A DNA stretch of 64,000 bases, taken from NCBI RefSeq assembly GCF_001194135.2, contig NC_068982.1, forward strand, positions 52,537,296-52,601,295, in the 5' to 3' direction. The position numbers were made by a program, and so were the translations under genes. Source of the stretch: Octopus bimaculoides. Taxonomy: Eukaryota. Numbering within the stretch: position 1 is the stretch's first letter; the number at the start of each line of letters is the position of its first letter. The notes under the pieces are model-generated. The model saw only the letters and a program-made list of their open reading frames with translations. It ran no database searches and was not told the origin of the DNA. Below, piece after piece: positions 1 to 12,949 of this stretch.

Positions 1-860
1 CCTTCGAAGGAATGGCTCCAGTGCCTTTAATTACACAAGAGAAAGAGGGACATCTTTGACGAAGCCTTTGAAGATGCAACTGAAACTGGCTGCCCTTAAG
101 ATAAGGATGGTCGACCTGTCGAGAAATTTTGCTATGATGCAAATTCGCGTCTCGAAATCTTTTCACGTCAAGAGTAGGGAGGGGCGCATTCATCTTCCAA
201 TGAACGGGTCCCTGACTATTGTTTTTTTCTACGTTGGTTATAAAGGTCCAGAATTTGAAGTCTATATAATCAACAACCTGAAACTGAGGCCATCTTACGC
301 TAAGCGTACCTGCTAGCATGGCAAAAACTCTAAGGACTTGGATGACCTTCTGTGATTTGACCAATTTAATATTAGCGCATTTAGGAAACCAGAGCGAAAG
401 CTGTTAGAAAATTGGAAATACCTCAGAAGATTTGCAAGGAATTCTACTCGTAAGCACTCCATAGCACAAATGAGCGAGATGTTCCTTCGAAAGTTTCCAG
501 GCGTCAAAAGAATTATGGCTGTCGAGTTTTTTGTCGCGGTGCGAACGGATAACAGTCAGAAGACTTCACTGCCGAGTGCATTGCAGTTCACATCCAATTA
601 TTAGCGACTACCATATGGATATAAGGAAAATCATACTTCTAGATCCAAATGTTTATGAAAAAATACCGCTATGCCATCGACCTTGGTTAATTGAAAGAAG
701 CATAAGTTTCGTCGTCATCTGGAAGTGGGGATTAGCTAGTGCATCTCAGAAATCTTGAGTTGCCTGATGGCTATCGCATATAGACATAGTAGGATGGAAT
801 TCCCGAGCTCGTGTCTATGCTTCCACACCAACCCTAGACCATGGTATCTATACCACCTGT
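1..860 (-). mobile_element. Degenerate Tx1/L1-like LINE, ORF2 AP-endonuclease region (pseudogenised)
   Basis: Minus-strand frames give LANLLRYFQFSNSFR..NWSN and then VVDYIDFKFWT..GPVHWKMNAPL, resembling the end of the APE domain (SDH..G.WK.N..L). Many stops and frameshifts. Confidence 0.6.
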
Positions 861-865
861 TTTCA

Positions 866-917
866 GAAGAAGAAGAAGAAGAAGAAGAAGAAGAAGAAAA
901 AGAAGAAGAAGAAGAGA
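866..917. repeat. (GAA)n microsatellite
   Basis: Directly visible; source of the poly-E ORF 755..949. Confidence 0.95.
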
Positions 918-2504
918 AACAAAAATGTGCAGTGATTTACCTACTCTGAACTGGTGCTAATCGTTGTAAGGACCATGGATACTCCTATCCGGAATGGTTT
1001 AAAACGTTATGTGTAATAAAAAAAGACTTTGATGCCTTACTAGGAACACTTCTGGACAGAATAACATCAGAAGTGTGTCGTTCCTTAAGAAGGCCTTTTC
1101 CCTTTATTCGCGAGAATGAGCTATTGTTGGGGATAATGTATATTCTAACCTCACTACTCTCTTTCACTAGTCTCTTCTGGTCTCCTTTCAGTACCGCTAA
1201 CAAACTTTTATCATAGCCAAGGACTAATATGTATAGACTATGGAATGCATTGTCACTAACAATAAAAACAGTTTCAAATCTCAAGTGTAAGCTAAAAATT
1301 TATTATCATGAACATAGCAGAAAAAGTGTGCGATATTTGCTGAAAAATGAAATAAAAAACAAACAAACAAGCAAAAAACTCAATGCTTAGCTCCAAACAA
1401 CTGCTAAACTGAAAATAACGAACAATTATTTTAATATCAAACGCAGACGATGCACCCGATTGCAATGAAGCTATTGACCACATCATCCCTGATTGCTCAG
1501 TTCCTGTCAAAACCATTCATATTCACAGAGGTCTGTGAGATGATAGCTTTGTCAACTAGGCAATATACCGGTGCTGAAAATTCTTTTAAAGAACAAACAA
1601 GGCATTATGGCAAATCTAAAACAAATTCAACGAAAAACGAACTAAAATCCAAAATGGTAATGAAGACTAAAGAAGGCCCCATAGAAAAATACAGCAAAAT
1701 ACACAGCCACAAAAAAGACAAAAAACTACACCCATCAGTTATCAGTAAACAGGATTAAAACACATCCGATCAGACCTAACCTCGAAGAGAACAATACAGA
1801 AACTAAAAGAGAACATAACAAAATCGATGAACGTTGATCAACACAGACATCTGCCTAAGTTACACACAAAGAAGAAGCTCCACGAAAGAATAAATAAATG
1901 TAACGGGCCCTTAAAGAAAATTTTTTTATGGAAATAAACTACCCAAATATCATCAAAATGAATAATCTATCTGCTCAGTTGTAGTTGTCACCATCCACTT
2001 GTAAAAATGAAAAACAAATATACTTCGTAAAATTAAATAAAGTAAAAAATGGAAAAGTTAAGACTTAACATAACTTAACGAAATGGAAATGGATTGCTCT
2101 AATTTAAAAAAGAAGAACGAACACAAATAACACAAGTGATATCGTTGAAAAGAAGACATTGAAAGTGTTAGAAAAAATATTTTAAACAAATGTATTCAGG
2201 ATAAAACGCGTCGAACAAATATGAACGCTTCTTCCTGGAGAATAAGGTATTTGAATACAACAACAAAAAGGTTTTACAAGGACATCCACAAAACCAAAAC
2301 AAAATATAAAAGGATGATACATTGACATAAATGGAAATTCATACGGGTTACTGGTAGTGATTATAGAACAACAAACGTTCAGTACAATACGAAAGCACGG
2401 TGGATCAGAAGAGAAAAGGGATGTGTGTGTGTGTATGTATGTGCCTGCGTGCGTTTGTGTATGTATGTGTGCGTACGTGTGTGTCTGTGTATATATATGT
2501 AAAG

Positions 2505-2600
2505 TTCTATATTTAAGAGATGAGGACTTATGTACATTATTTACATTATTTACATTTGACGGATATTTGTCCTCATCTTGTTTGTTGTTAACGTTTCGGC
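2505..2600 (-). mobile_element. Fragment of the Penelope-type terminal repeat also seen at 32203-32667, with the 3' half of the hammerhead (GCCGAAACGTT)
   Basis: Reverse complement AGCCGAAACGTTAACAACAAACAAGATGAGGACAAATATCCGTCAAATG matches 32611-32667; cut off by a (CA)n tract. Confidence 0.8.
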
Positions 2601-2601
2601 T

Positions 2602-2671
<70 letters not shown>

Positions 2672-3269
2672 TAACATACATATATATATATANNNNNNNN
2701 NNGAATACAAAAATGGGACAAGAACGCAAAACATCCAGACAGATGATACAAAAAAGGGACAAGAAAAAACACGGACGGGTCATTCAAAGTTTTCTTTCCT
2801 CAGTCGAGTTCCAGATTATCTTTGCAATTTCGGCTGGTTATATTCGAGATTGCACCAATCTGGCCAGCCCCAAGGAAGAACTAAGCTAAGAGCATTAGAT
2901 TCCTTGGAAGAAAGCAGCGAATGTATAGGAAAACAAGGACGAAAACAAAAGACGGAGAAATGGTACACAAATACAAATGCAAATAACAGGACATAACAAC
3001 AGATGTCTTTCGACTAAGGACGAATTAAATTAAGCTGGCGTGTGTGAAAGTAAAGCCTTACGACAGGGACATTAGAGATAACAGGCATGGGGAGGAATAT
3101 AGATGTTGCACGGATGGTAGTCGAACCAAGAAAGAAAGTCAGGCTTGGCCGAACGCCGGTCACGTGGGAAGAGAGAGGAGAGGTAGAGGCAGAGTGACAG
3201 AAGAATTAGGGAGGGACGAGAAAAAAGGGAGAGAGTGAAGTGAAAGAGAAGAGAAAGTGAGAATGAAGA

Positions 3270-3700
3270 GAAAGTCAATGTCGATATTGCCGAACGTTCT
3301 GGGAGAACCGCGACTAGCAGAACTGAGAAAAACATCGCAGGTGTGCGTGCAGCTTTGAGGGGAAATCGTCGAATCACCATCTGTGAGTTATCAGAAGATC
3401 TGCAGATTAGTTACAGTTCAGTCCATTATCACTGAAGATTTGGGTATGTGACGTGTATCTTCTAAGTTTGCGCCAAAACTGCTTTCAACTGACCAAAAAG
3501 ATACTCGGCATTCAGTTGCATAAGATCTCCTTGATGGTGTCGAAAACGAAGAAAACTTTGTGAAAACTTTGTGTAGGCCTTTGAGCAGGTATCGCCAAGC
3601 TTTCGGCAAGATTTGACGCAGATTCTCTGCTCAACTTTCTGCGACCACATCACCCCTAACATCTGGCCACCTAGACTGCAACGATCACACGCGACGATCA
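3270..3700. mobile_element. Rearranged mariner transposase relic: central HTH part on +, N-terminus on -
   Basis: + strand: ERSGRTATSRTEKNI..NRRITICELSEDLQIS..IITEDLGM*RVSSKFAPKLLSTDQK. - strand: MWSQKVEQRICVKSCRKLGDTCSKAY. Confidence 0.8.
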
Positions 3701-4382
3701 CACGCTACACACCTTCCGTCAAAGCACTGCTGTAACCAGCGGAAGTGAGCTAGAACGTTAAAACTTATTTCGCAGGTATGCACGGCAGAGTTCAAGGTCA
3801 ATCTGTGACAAGCGGTTTCACTCTGCGTTCTTTATCTTCGTTACTATGGCAACAGTCAGGATACTTATTGATCAGACCACGTATAGCATCACAAGAATGA
3901 CTAACAATAGCCTGAAGGGAAGTTACCAATAGATCATGAAACTGGAAGCTGCAAGCAATTATTGCAGAGCCCCTTGGGCTGGCAAGGTTTTCAATTTTCG
4001 GCTGGAGCATCCGGTCAGTATTTATGAGTAAACAGAGGCATCATTCAATAGAATAGTAAAGAAACCAGAACCAACACCGTAGTTGCTACTGGTTGTGGTG
4101 GTGTTTTTTTAAAAACAATATCAACTACTTGAAACAAAAATGAAATGAAACTATAAATCTATAACTTGCTTATCAACACTATACACAACTCTTACGGTCC
4201 CACTCTAATACAGGCTTGTTGTTGAGTTGAGGAACAATAACAAATAACAGAGGAGAAGAAACTATTCCAAAGATGGCTATATGGAGTCAAAGAACAGTTA
4301 TGAGTAATCCGGGCTTTTAGAGGAAGTTATATAAAGAGTAAAGGAGTAAAACAAACATTAACATGCCTAGAGCAATTAATAA

Positions 4383-4590
4383 TTTCAAATTTTGGCACAA
4401 GACCAGCAATTCTGAAGGAGGGGGTTAGTAGATTACATTGACCCCAGTACTCAACTGGTACTTATTGACCCTGAAAGGATGAAAGGTAAAATCAACTTTG
4501 GCAGTATTTGAACTTAGAACGTAAAGGAAGACGAAATGCCGCGAAGCATATTGGCCGTCGTGTTAACGATTTTGCCAGCTCGCCGCCTTA
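4383..4590 (-). mobile_element. tRNA-derived SINE, family 1 (GGCGGCGAGCTGGC head, GAGTTCAAAT B box, CCTTTCATCCTT..GGTC core)
   Basis: Matches about 40 other copies in the window; A/B boxes on the minus strand. The core resembles my recollection of the Deu/Nin domain (not verified). Confidence 0.85.
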
Positions 4591-4944
4591 TAGCCTAGAA
4601 TAAATAATGAGTGACATTTAATAGGATAGTATACACTTGGATAATGAAGATACTCTTAGGAAATCTAGTACTCGCAAAATGTATCAGCCATTTTCCGTCG
4701 CAATGAATATCAACAATATCACTTCAAGATAACGAGGACATCTTACAGGGTGACTCCTTATCCCTTCTTCTTTTCCCTCTTGCTCTGACTCATTCAACAA
4801 ATCTGTTGGATGAAACCGTCAAAGTCAAACTAGTTATAAACTACGATTTTAACATGATAATTAAAAGACTTAGACATGTAAAGAAACTATTGACAGAGTT
4901 TTGAAGTCACTACACAAAAGATGATACAGATGAAGTATATAGAG

Positions 4945-5465
4945 GTGTGGCTGTGTGGTAAGACGTTTGCTTCCAAACCACATAATTCAGAGTTCACTCC
5001 CACTGCTTGGCACCTATAGTCTTCTACTATAGCCTCAGGCCTTGTGAGTTGATTTGGTAGACGGAAACAGAAAGAAGCCCCTCGTATATATATTGCACTA
5101 CATTTTATATTTGCTGCAGTGTTTACATTGCTCAATTAAATGGAGTCGCATTAACTTTCGATATCCTTGTTGCTTATTTTGATATATATATATATATATA
5201 TATATAGACGAAGAGCTTTCTGTTTCTCTCTCTCTCTCTCTCACTCTCACTCTCTCTCTCTCTCTATATATATATATATGTATGTATGTATGTGTGTGTT
5301 TTCCCCCACCACTGCTTGACAACCGGCAAAAGAGAAGAGTAAGTACCCGGCTTAAAAAGGAAATATGTACTGTGGTCGAATAGTTCGACTAAAATTTCTC
5401 AAGGCGGTGCCCCAGCATGGCCGTAGTCTAGTCACTGAAACAAGTGAAAGATGAAAGATAAAAAT
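4945..5465 (+). mobile_element. Composite SINE, family 3 (GTGGCTGTGTGGTAAG head, internal TA/TC/TG microsatellite, AAGGCGGTGCCCCAGCATGGCC tail)
   Basis: Same modules at 49966-50362 (+) and 37995-38372 (-); partial copies near 10925, 15830, 24860, 59205. Confidence 0.85.
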
Positions 5466-5949
5466 ATTTCGCACACAAGGGTTTGATATATATGAGTATA
5501 ATACAGCGAAAATGGGATTACAAGAATAATTAAAAGTAAGCAAAGGTGAAGCTTTATTGTAATAAAGAAACAGGACACAAATGAAAATCTCTGTTTAATT
5601 CAAAGAAATTGCAAACTAGAAACTTACTACATTGGAGACAAATAACTAAAGAAAAAGACAAAATAAAGACAAAAGTTAAAAATAATATACAAATGAAAAA
5701 ATGTTTCAAAATGTACTAAAAAAAATTGGAAAAAAAACAACAAAAAAATAGCAATTGCATGACAAGACGCCACAGAAAGGAAGTTAGAGTCAAAGTGAAC
5801 AATAGCTCAAAAGCTCTGAGCGAAAAGCAGAAAAAGTGTAAAATTTCTTCATAAAAAACCCCCAAAACAAAAACAAAAACAAAAATAACGCAAGCAAAAA
5901 AACTCAATGCTTAGCTCCAAACAACTACAAAACTGAAATAATGAACAAT

Positions 5950-6400
5950 GATTTTAATATCAAATGCAAACAATACACCCAAGTGTAACGAGGCTGTTGA
6001 CCGCATCATCTCTGACTACTCGGTTATAACGAAAGCCAAGCATTTTTCTTCGACAGGTGTGAGCGGACATCTTTTTCTACTAGGCAATATGCCAGTACTT
6101 CGACTTGAAAATGGTCATCGACACGTATTGAATACGATACATGAGAAGTATTGTGGGAATGCCGATAGACATAACGAACCATTATTATCGAGACATTGCT
6201 CTTAAGAAGGTAGCAAATTTGTTAAAGTACAAAGACCATGGGACTGAAGTAAACGGGTTGTTGGGGACGAAAATAAATGCTGTATCATTAATAGTTGGTT
6301 TTGGGGGCATAAAAAATAAAGATGCGAACTGAAACATAGAAGCCATACCAGGGTATAAAATATTACAAACACTCCAGAAATTATTCTACAGTTGTTGAGG
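5950..6400 (+). mobile_element. Degenerate R4/Dong-like retrotransposon C-terminal fragment
   Basis: TPKCNEAVDRIISDYSV and LLKYKDHGTEVNGLLGTKINAVSLIVGFGGIK parallel the better-preserved copy at 31300-31830. A related fragment lies at about 1370-1560. Confidence 0.6.
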
Positions 6401-6403
6401 CTG

Positions 6404-6587
6404 TCTCTGCAGGTTTTCAATAGGAATTATAGCCAGCACTGATTTTGTTACGATGTTTAACATGCTTTGTAGTATATTATAAAAACTTTTAATATACTTT
6501 GTTGTATATTTACATCAGACGTTTCGGATACAAAATATCGTAACAAAATCAGTACTGGCTATAATTTCTATAGAAAATCTGTAGAGA
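6404..6587. repeat. Inverted repeat with 51-bp arms (6404-6454 / 6537-6587), MITE-like or foldback
   Basis: 46/51 identity between the left arm and the reverse complement of the right arm; 82-nt spacer. Confidence 0.85.
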
Positions 6588-6827
6588 TAATATTAACAAG
6601 TGATGTGATAACACTGCTAACACAGTAGAACACAGTATTGACTTATAAAAACGTTTAATATACTTTGTAGTATACTACAGTTGCATAACGAAATACAGTG
6701 TCCTCACATGTCATTAATATTCTACAGTTATTTGACACGATATCACATCCTATGTGAAATATTTTGAATTAAATAGCACAACTCAAGCAGTAAATTCCCT
6801 GCGCATAGTATATAACCTGTATTATAA

Positions 6828-8163
6828 TCTATATATATATATAAAATTGAGAATGTGTGTGTGTGTGTGTGTGTCTTTGTGAATCCCTAAAACTCCAGAA
6901 CTACACAACCAATTTCATTCAAATTTTACACATGCCTTACTTAGGGTCCCAGTTGTGTTTTAGTCAAAAAAGATTTTAACTTCTTGCATACTTCCAGCCC
7001 ACAACAACATCACATGTCCTCCACTATTTAAGTATTACGTGTCAAAAGTGAAACAAAAACACTCATGTCATTCAAACCGGAATCTCAAAAACATTGTAAT
7101 TATTAAATTTATGCATTTCTAATCAATTTGGAGATATTTGCTATCGAGTTGCAGATTGTTAACAATGCATTTGGTGATTATTTGCTTTATTTCTCGGGCA
7201 AAATTTACAACATAGAATAAAAGAATAAAATTATTTCATTCCAAAATTGATGAGCTTTGTTTTTAGTGATGACTTGAAATGGTAAATATTTTTTTCTAAC
7301 TATATTTGCTTGAAAAAAACATACTTTTCTTTATATTAAGCAATTCATTATAATTACTTTTACGATGTGCCTAAATAGAAACCATCGTTATAGATCAGCA
7401 TTTTTGAACCTTTTTCGCGATTTGGCTTCCCTTGGACATTGAAAAAATTTATTTCAGCTCTCCTGTGTTGATGAAAAATTTAATCCGGCTTCCCATGTAT
7501 CTGAGATAGACCGGCCGGCCCATGACAAATCTTACAAAAGAGGAGACCCGATCATGCCGCTAAGGAATTTAGATGCTCCAATAATGTGCAATGGTACGTG
7601 GATGATTATCAAAAAAATGTGCACCCTAGTTCTGTAGGCAACAATCTTGAATGAACCGGCCGCTGGCTAAGACATACTTATAACTCCCATGTCCTTTACC
7701 CACTCCGATACGACCTACAAGTTTAAACAGATGCAATTTCCCATCAAACTCTGCTTTTCCATGACAATCAACAAGGCGCAGGGACAATCAGTGCAAGCGG
7801 TTAGTTTGAATCTGACAGAGCAAGTATTCTTACACGCACAACTGTACGTTGGCTGTCCCCATGGTCTTTCTATTTGTGCACTCGAGGGAAGGACGAAGAA
7901 TGTTGTCTACCAAGAGGCACTCCAATGATAACAACGGCAACTTCAACTGCTCCAATTTCAACTCCGCAATTCTTTCATCGTCCTGCCAGCCCACGTAAGT
8001 CCAGTCTTGCTTTGCTCTCCTTACTAACTCACCATGACATTCTTTTTTTTCTACCAAGATCCGTCGCCCAAACACCACTTCGTATCCACTTCTTCCTCTT
8101 TTTTATGTCTTCGTTTCTCTTCGCGTCGTTCTCTGACTGGGTGAAACCGGGCTTAGATGCTAG
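6828..8163 (+). mobile_element. Internally deleted Helitron with both termini
   Basis: A|TCTATATATATATAAAATTGAG 5' end at 6828; subterminal imperfect hairpin CTGGGTGAAACCGGG; CTAG|T 3' end at 8160-8163; PIF1 relic inside. Confidence 0.7.
7535..7928 (+). pseudogene. Helitron RepHel PIF1-type helicase C-terminus (in-frame stops)
   Basis: KRGDPIMPLRNLDAPIMCNGT..QFPIKLCFSMTINKAQGQS..VFLHAQLYVG..TKNVVYQEAL are canonical PIF1/Helitron motifs. Confidence 0.92.
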
Positions 8164-8799
8164 TATGCACTAAATGAAATAGCACAACACATATAACGCG
8201 GCCCTACACTATCGTCATCGAATAGAATACTACAGCGATCATCCCTACATAACCGATACTATAACAGCAACAACTCACATCCAACACAGCTGATGAAACC
8301 CATTATTGCTGCACAGATGGAAAATATACTCTCCACCAAAGGTCCCTTACCACCAGGCCACAGCCTGGTACCGGGCCCCGGATCTTCTGGTAGAGAAAGA
8401 ATAAATATTTTAATTTTATTTCTATTTTGACCATCACATTCCCAGGGTATTTTTGCATTATATATGTATTATATATGTCATATATATGCATTATATATGT
8501 ACTAATTAAATCATATATTAAGCACTTGATTGAGTTTTGTTATGCAGATAATACCTCGGTCCGGGGAAAATAGTCTGACATGAAAATGGTTTAGGGTGCT
8601 AAGATTGTTGGGGATCGCTAGTACGGAAACAACCTCCGCCTCACTGAAACACAGGACCCAAGAACACATACAAAACAAGTAATACAGACCACACAACAGA
8701 TACCTTTACTGAATCACAGCTCAGAATCAAATCTCAACACTAATTACTGTACAAAAAACATACGAAGAACAAGCACAACCAAACCAAATATAATAATAG

Positions 8800-9194
8800 G
8801 TTGTTGTTGGCACTCCGTCGCTTACGACGTCGAGGGTTCCAGTTGATCCGATCAACGGAACAGCCTGCTCATGAAATTAACGTGAAAGTGGCTGAGCACT
8901 CCACAGGCACGTGTACCCTTAACGTAGTTCTCGGGGATATTCAGCGTGACACAGTGTGACAAGGCTGACCCTTTGAATTGCAGGCACGACAGAAACAGGA
9001 AATAAGAGTGAGAGAAAGTTGTGGTGAAAGAGTACAGCAGGGTTCGCCATCACCCCCTGCCGGAGCCTCGTGAAGCTTTAGGTGTTTTCGCTCAATAAAC
9101 ACTCACAACGCCCGGTCTGGGGATCGAAACCCCGATCCTATGACCGCGAGTCTGCTGCCCTAACCGCTGGGCCATTGCGCCATTGCGCCTCCAC
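8800..9194 (-). mobile_element. CORE-type tRNA SINE, tail A
   Basis: GGAGGCGCAATGGCCCAG head through GACGGAGTGCCAACAAC tail; near-identical to 27995-28348 and 36401-36782. Confidence 0.88.
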
Positions 9195-9577
9195 ATAATA
9201 ATAGGTAGATCGCACGTATTCTGCACAACAAACAAAGGCCTCAAAACAATGCGTAAAATAACAAACCGCACTTCTATAAATAAGCATAAGGAATATGATA
9301 TACAAACATCTCCAAAAGATAGTGCTGTACATACCCCACGCATACGGAAGTACACCGGGCTCCTTTCAGTTCCCGTCAACAAAATCAGAGATTTCGGAAA
9401 AAGGGACGTAGTCGGTTATATTGAACTCAGTTCTTGATTATTGGTGGTTTATTTTATGAACCCGGAAAAATGAAAAGCAATTTTGATCACTGTGCGATAT
9501 GAACTCAGAATGAAAAAGGTAGAACAAATAAAGCAAGGGTTCTTTGCCCGACGCCCTAACAGTTCTTCCAAACGCTT

Positions 9578-9642
<65 letters not shown>

Positions 9643-10437
9643 GTTGAAACTGACAGAAAGTTAGATGCAAATAGGCCAGAAATTAAATTGAAAGACTTCA
9701 GATAAAAATCATACCTCCTCATTGATATGACTGTCCCAATCGACACTTTATTTTATCGACCTCCTCCCCCGGACGGACGAAAAGCTACTGAGATTGCCAA
9801 AAAGCGGAGTGTGTCGGATGTTAAGACATTTTAAATATATGTATAATATTAAGGACAATGTTTATTGGTTTAGTAATACAAACAGGAAAATAAGATTCAA
9901 AACATGAGTATGTGAGTAAAAACATCAACTGTAATAATTTCCAATGTGCATCGTTATACTTTTTTGTTTAACGCTGTAGAAGGCCATCAGACTACAATAC
10001 ACAATCAACTGGAGTTTATAAGTATGTGTATGAGTGCGTTTGTACGTGCTTGTGCGTACATGCGTACGCGCGTGTGTGTATGTGTGTATGTGTGTGCGTG
10101 CGAGTGTGCGCATGGGCACATTAATATGCACACACACACACACACACACATATATATCTATACATATATAAGAATGATAAATAGTGACAGAGTGAACGGG
10201 GGAGAGAACATGATTTAGTGGAATAATGGATTGAATCAGTGCGTTTCAACAACGTAGATACTCTTGATATACACACAACGAAGTCCACATAGAGACACAC
10301 AGACACACTCATGCACACACATATGCACACATGAACACTTACACATGCATACACACACTCTCTCTCCCTCGACACACGTATATATAGCGAGAAAGAAAGA
10401 GAGAGAGAAAGGTAGAGAAAGGAAGAGAGAGGGAAAT

Positions 10438-10484
<47 letters not shown>

Positions 10485-11702
10485 GGGAGAAAGAGAAAGG
10501 GAGGGAGAGCCGTTGATTTCGCTTGAGAATTACGTTACTGGTACACGTGTATGTTAAACTCAACAATTTTCTGGATAATTCTATGATCTTGGTAGTTCAA
10601 CTGATCAAACAGCTGAAGACACACTTGGAAGTTCTGTTCGAGATCCATTACATACATACATACATACATAATACATACATATATACATGCACGCATACAT
10701 ACATACATATATGTATGCATCTACATGCATATACATTTACATACAAAAAATATATGTACACACACACACGCGCACACATGCATATACATGCACGTCTGTT
10801 GTTTTCTGAACATAGCTGTTTTCATTGAAATATAGCAGTATGTTAAAAAAATAAAAACAAAAAATATGAACAACAGATGTAAAAGATGACATAATTTGGA
10901 AATATGTTACCTTATGTACATCTGTATACACAAAAGGACGGATAGAATAAGTGAATAAGTACTAGGCTTACAAAGAATAAATCCTGGAGTCGATTTGTTT
11001 GACTACAGGCGGTGCTCCAGCATGGCCGTAGTCAAATGACTGATACAAATAAAAGAATAAAAGAATATTTATATATATATATCTTTAGACATTATGCAAT
11101 AATGTGTTCCTCTGATAATCCATTGTGGTTAAGCATCCGATTGCACTTGGAACGTACAATGCAGAGGTTCCGAAAACAACCCGTACCAGTGAAACATACG
11201 TAGGGAACCAATCATATAAATGTATGTTTATCATCACTTTTCTTATGTTTTGGTCAGTACGGGCCTATAATATATGCCGCACTGCGAGACTGAACTGAAA
11301 GTCATGTGGTTGGGAAGCAAGTCTATTAGCTACATAACCACACCTACGCACCGTCATTATTATTTCCTTTTGTTGTAAATGTGCATTATGTTGTATAATC
11401 TCTTTTTGACACTCTTTATTTGTATAGCTGTATTGCGAATTTGCTGAAGAGTGTATCTAGTAAACATTTTATTGCGAAATGTCGTAAAAATGTGAAAACA
11501 AAATAAATAAAATGTCTGTAAATACAGTCCTTCTTTCTTTTTGGTTCACACCTGAATATCAGGGAAAGACATCTACAGTTAATTAGAATACTTTCTGGCA
11601 AATGTTCCAAAGAAATAAATGTTCGTCTCGAAATAGAGTCAACTCGAAGCGAAGGAAAAGGCCGTCTAAACGCTACAATAATCAATAATAATAATCCTTT
11701 CT

Positions 11703-11995
11703 GGAGGCGCAATGGCCCATTGGTTAGGGCAGCGGACTCGCGATCGGAGGTTCGTGGTTTCGATTCCCAGACCGGGCGCTGTGTGTGTTTGTTGAGCGAA
11801 AACACCTAAAAGCTCCACGAGGTTCTGGCAGGGGGTGGTGGCGACCCCTGTTGTACTCTTTCGCCCAGCATTTTCCTGTTTCTTGAGTAACGCTGCGATG
11901 GACTGGCGTCCCGTCCAGCGGGGGTGGGGCACATACGCCATAGAAACCGGGAAACCGGGCCCATGAGCCTGGCTAGGCTTTAAAAGGGCGCATAA
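11703..11995 (+). mobile_element. CORE-type SINE with head A and tail B, flanked by about 12-bp TSD
   Basis: Head equals 36401; tail equals 50960-51070; TSD-like ATAATCCTTTCT (11691-11702) / ATTATCCTATCT (12002-12013). Confidence 0.85.
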
Positions 11996-12004
11996 AAAAA
12001 GATT

Positions 12005-12410
12005 ATCCTATCTACTATAGGCACAAGGCCTGAAATTTATGGGAGAGGGATAGTCTATTACATCGACCCCAGCACTCAACTGGTATTTATTTTATCGACT
12101 CCGAAAGAATGAAAGGCAACGTCGACCTCGGCAGAATTTAAACTCAGAACGTGAAGACGGACGAAATGCTGCTAAGCATTTTGTCCGGCGTGCTAACAAT
12201 TCTACCGGCTAGCCGCCTTATTAATAACAGTTTCAAATTTTGGCACAAGGCCAACAAATTCAGGGGAAGTGGTTCGTCGATTATATTGATCCTTACCTCC
12301 AGTATTCAACTGGTACTTATTTCATCGACCCCGAAAGGACAAAAGGCAAAGTCGACCTCGGCGTAATTTGAACACCGAACGTAAAGACGGACAAAATGCC
12401 GCTACGTATC
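12005..12410 (-). mobile_element. Two tandem family-1 SINEs
   Basis: Two head-to-tail copies of the consensus, about 12005-12220 and 12231-12410. Confidence 0.85.
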
Positions 12411-12862
12411 CATCACTACACTCTTCACCAAAGCCGTTCTCTTTAAAGCTGATGACACTACAAGAATATGACAAGCCTTCATGGTTAGACACTTGTCATA
12501 TTCCCATTGAAGTGTTTTTGCGAGAAATACGAGTAGTTCTGAAGTAAAATACGCAAGAGCGATCGGAGATGTTTACCTATTTTACGGACTCGGCAACGGT
12601 GTGTATAGTAAGGCTCCGTCGTTTATTCATCACGAAGAATCACAACCCACTTTCTGTTTATTTACTGCAGACGTTGACCTGCAGATGTTCAGTCTAGACA
12701 TCGCCTGTATGAATCTCAACAGCGTTCGAGGTCATCTCAAGATCACGGCTTCTACTGCTTCTTCTTTATCTTATCATCATTATCGTCAACAGTAGCAGCA
12801 GTATTACTAGCACAAGCACCACCACCAGCAGCAGCACCACCAACATCATCATCGTTATCATT

Positions 12863-12902
<40 letters not shown>

Positions 12903-12949
12903 GTAACAGCAACAGCAGCAGCAGTACCACCACCACCACCACTAAGATG

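Noticed and set aside
985-1284. 99-aa ORF on minus
   Set aside because: No recognisable motif or splice support; probably a decayed repeat.
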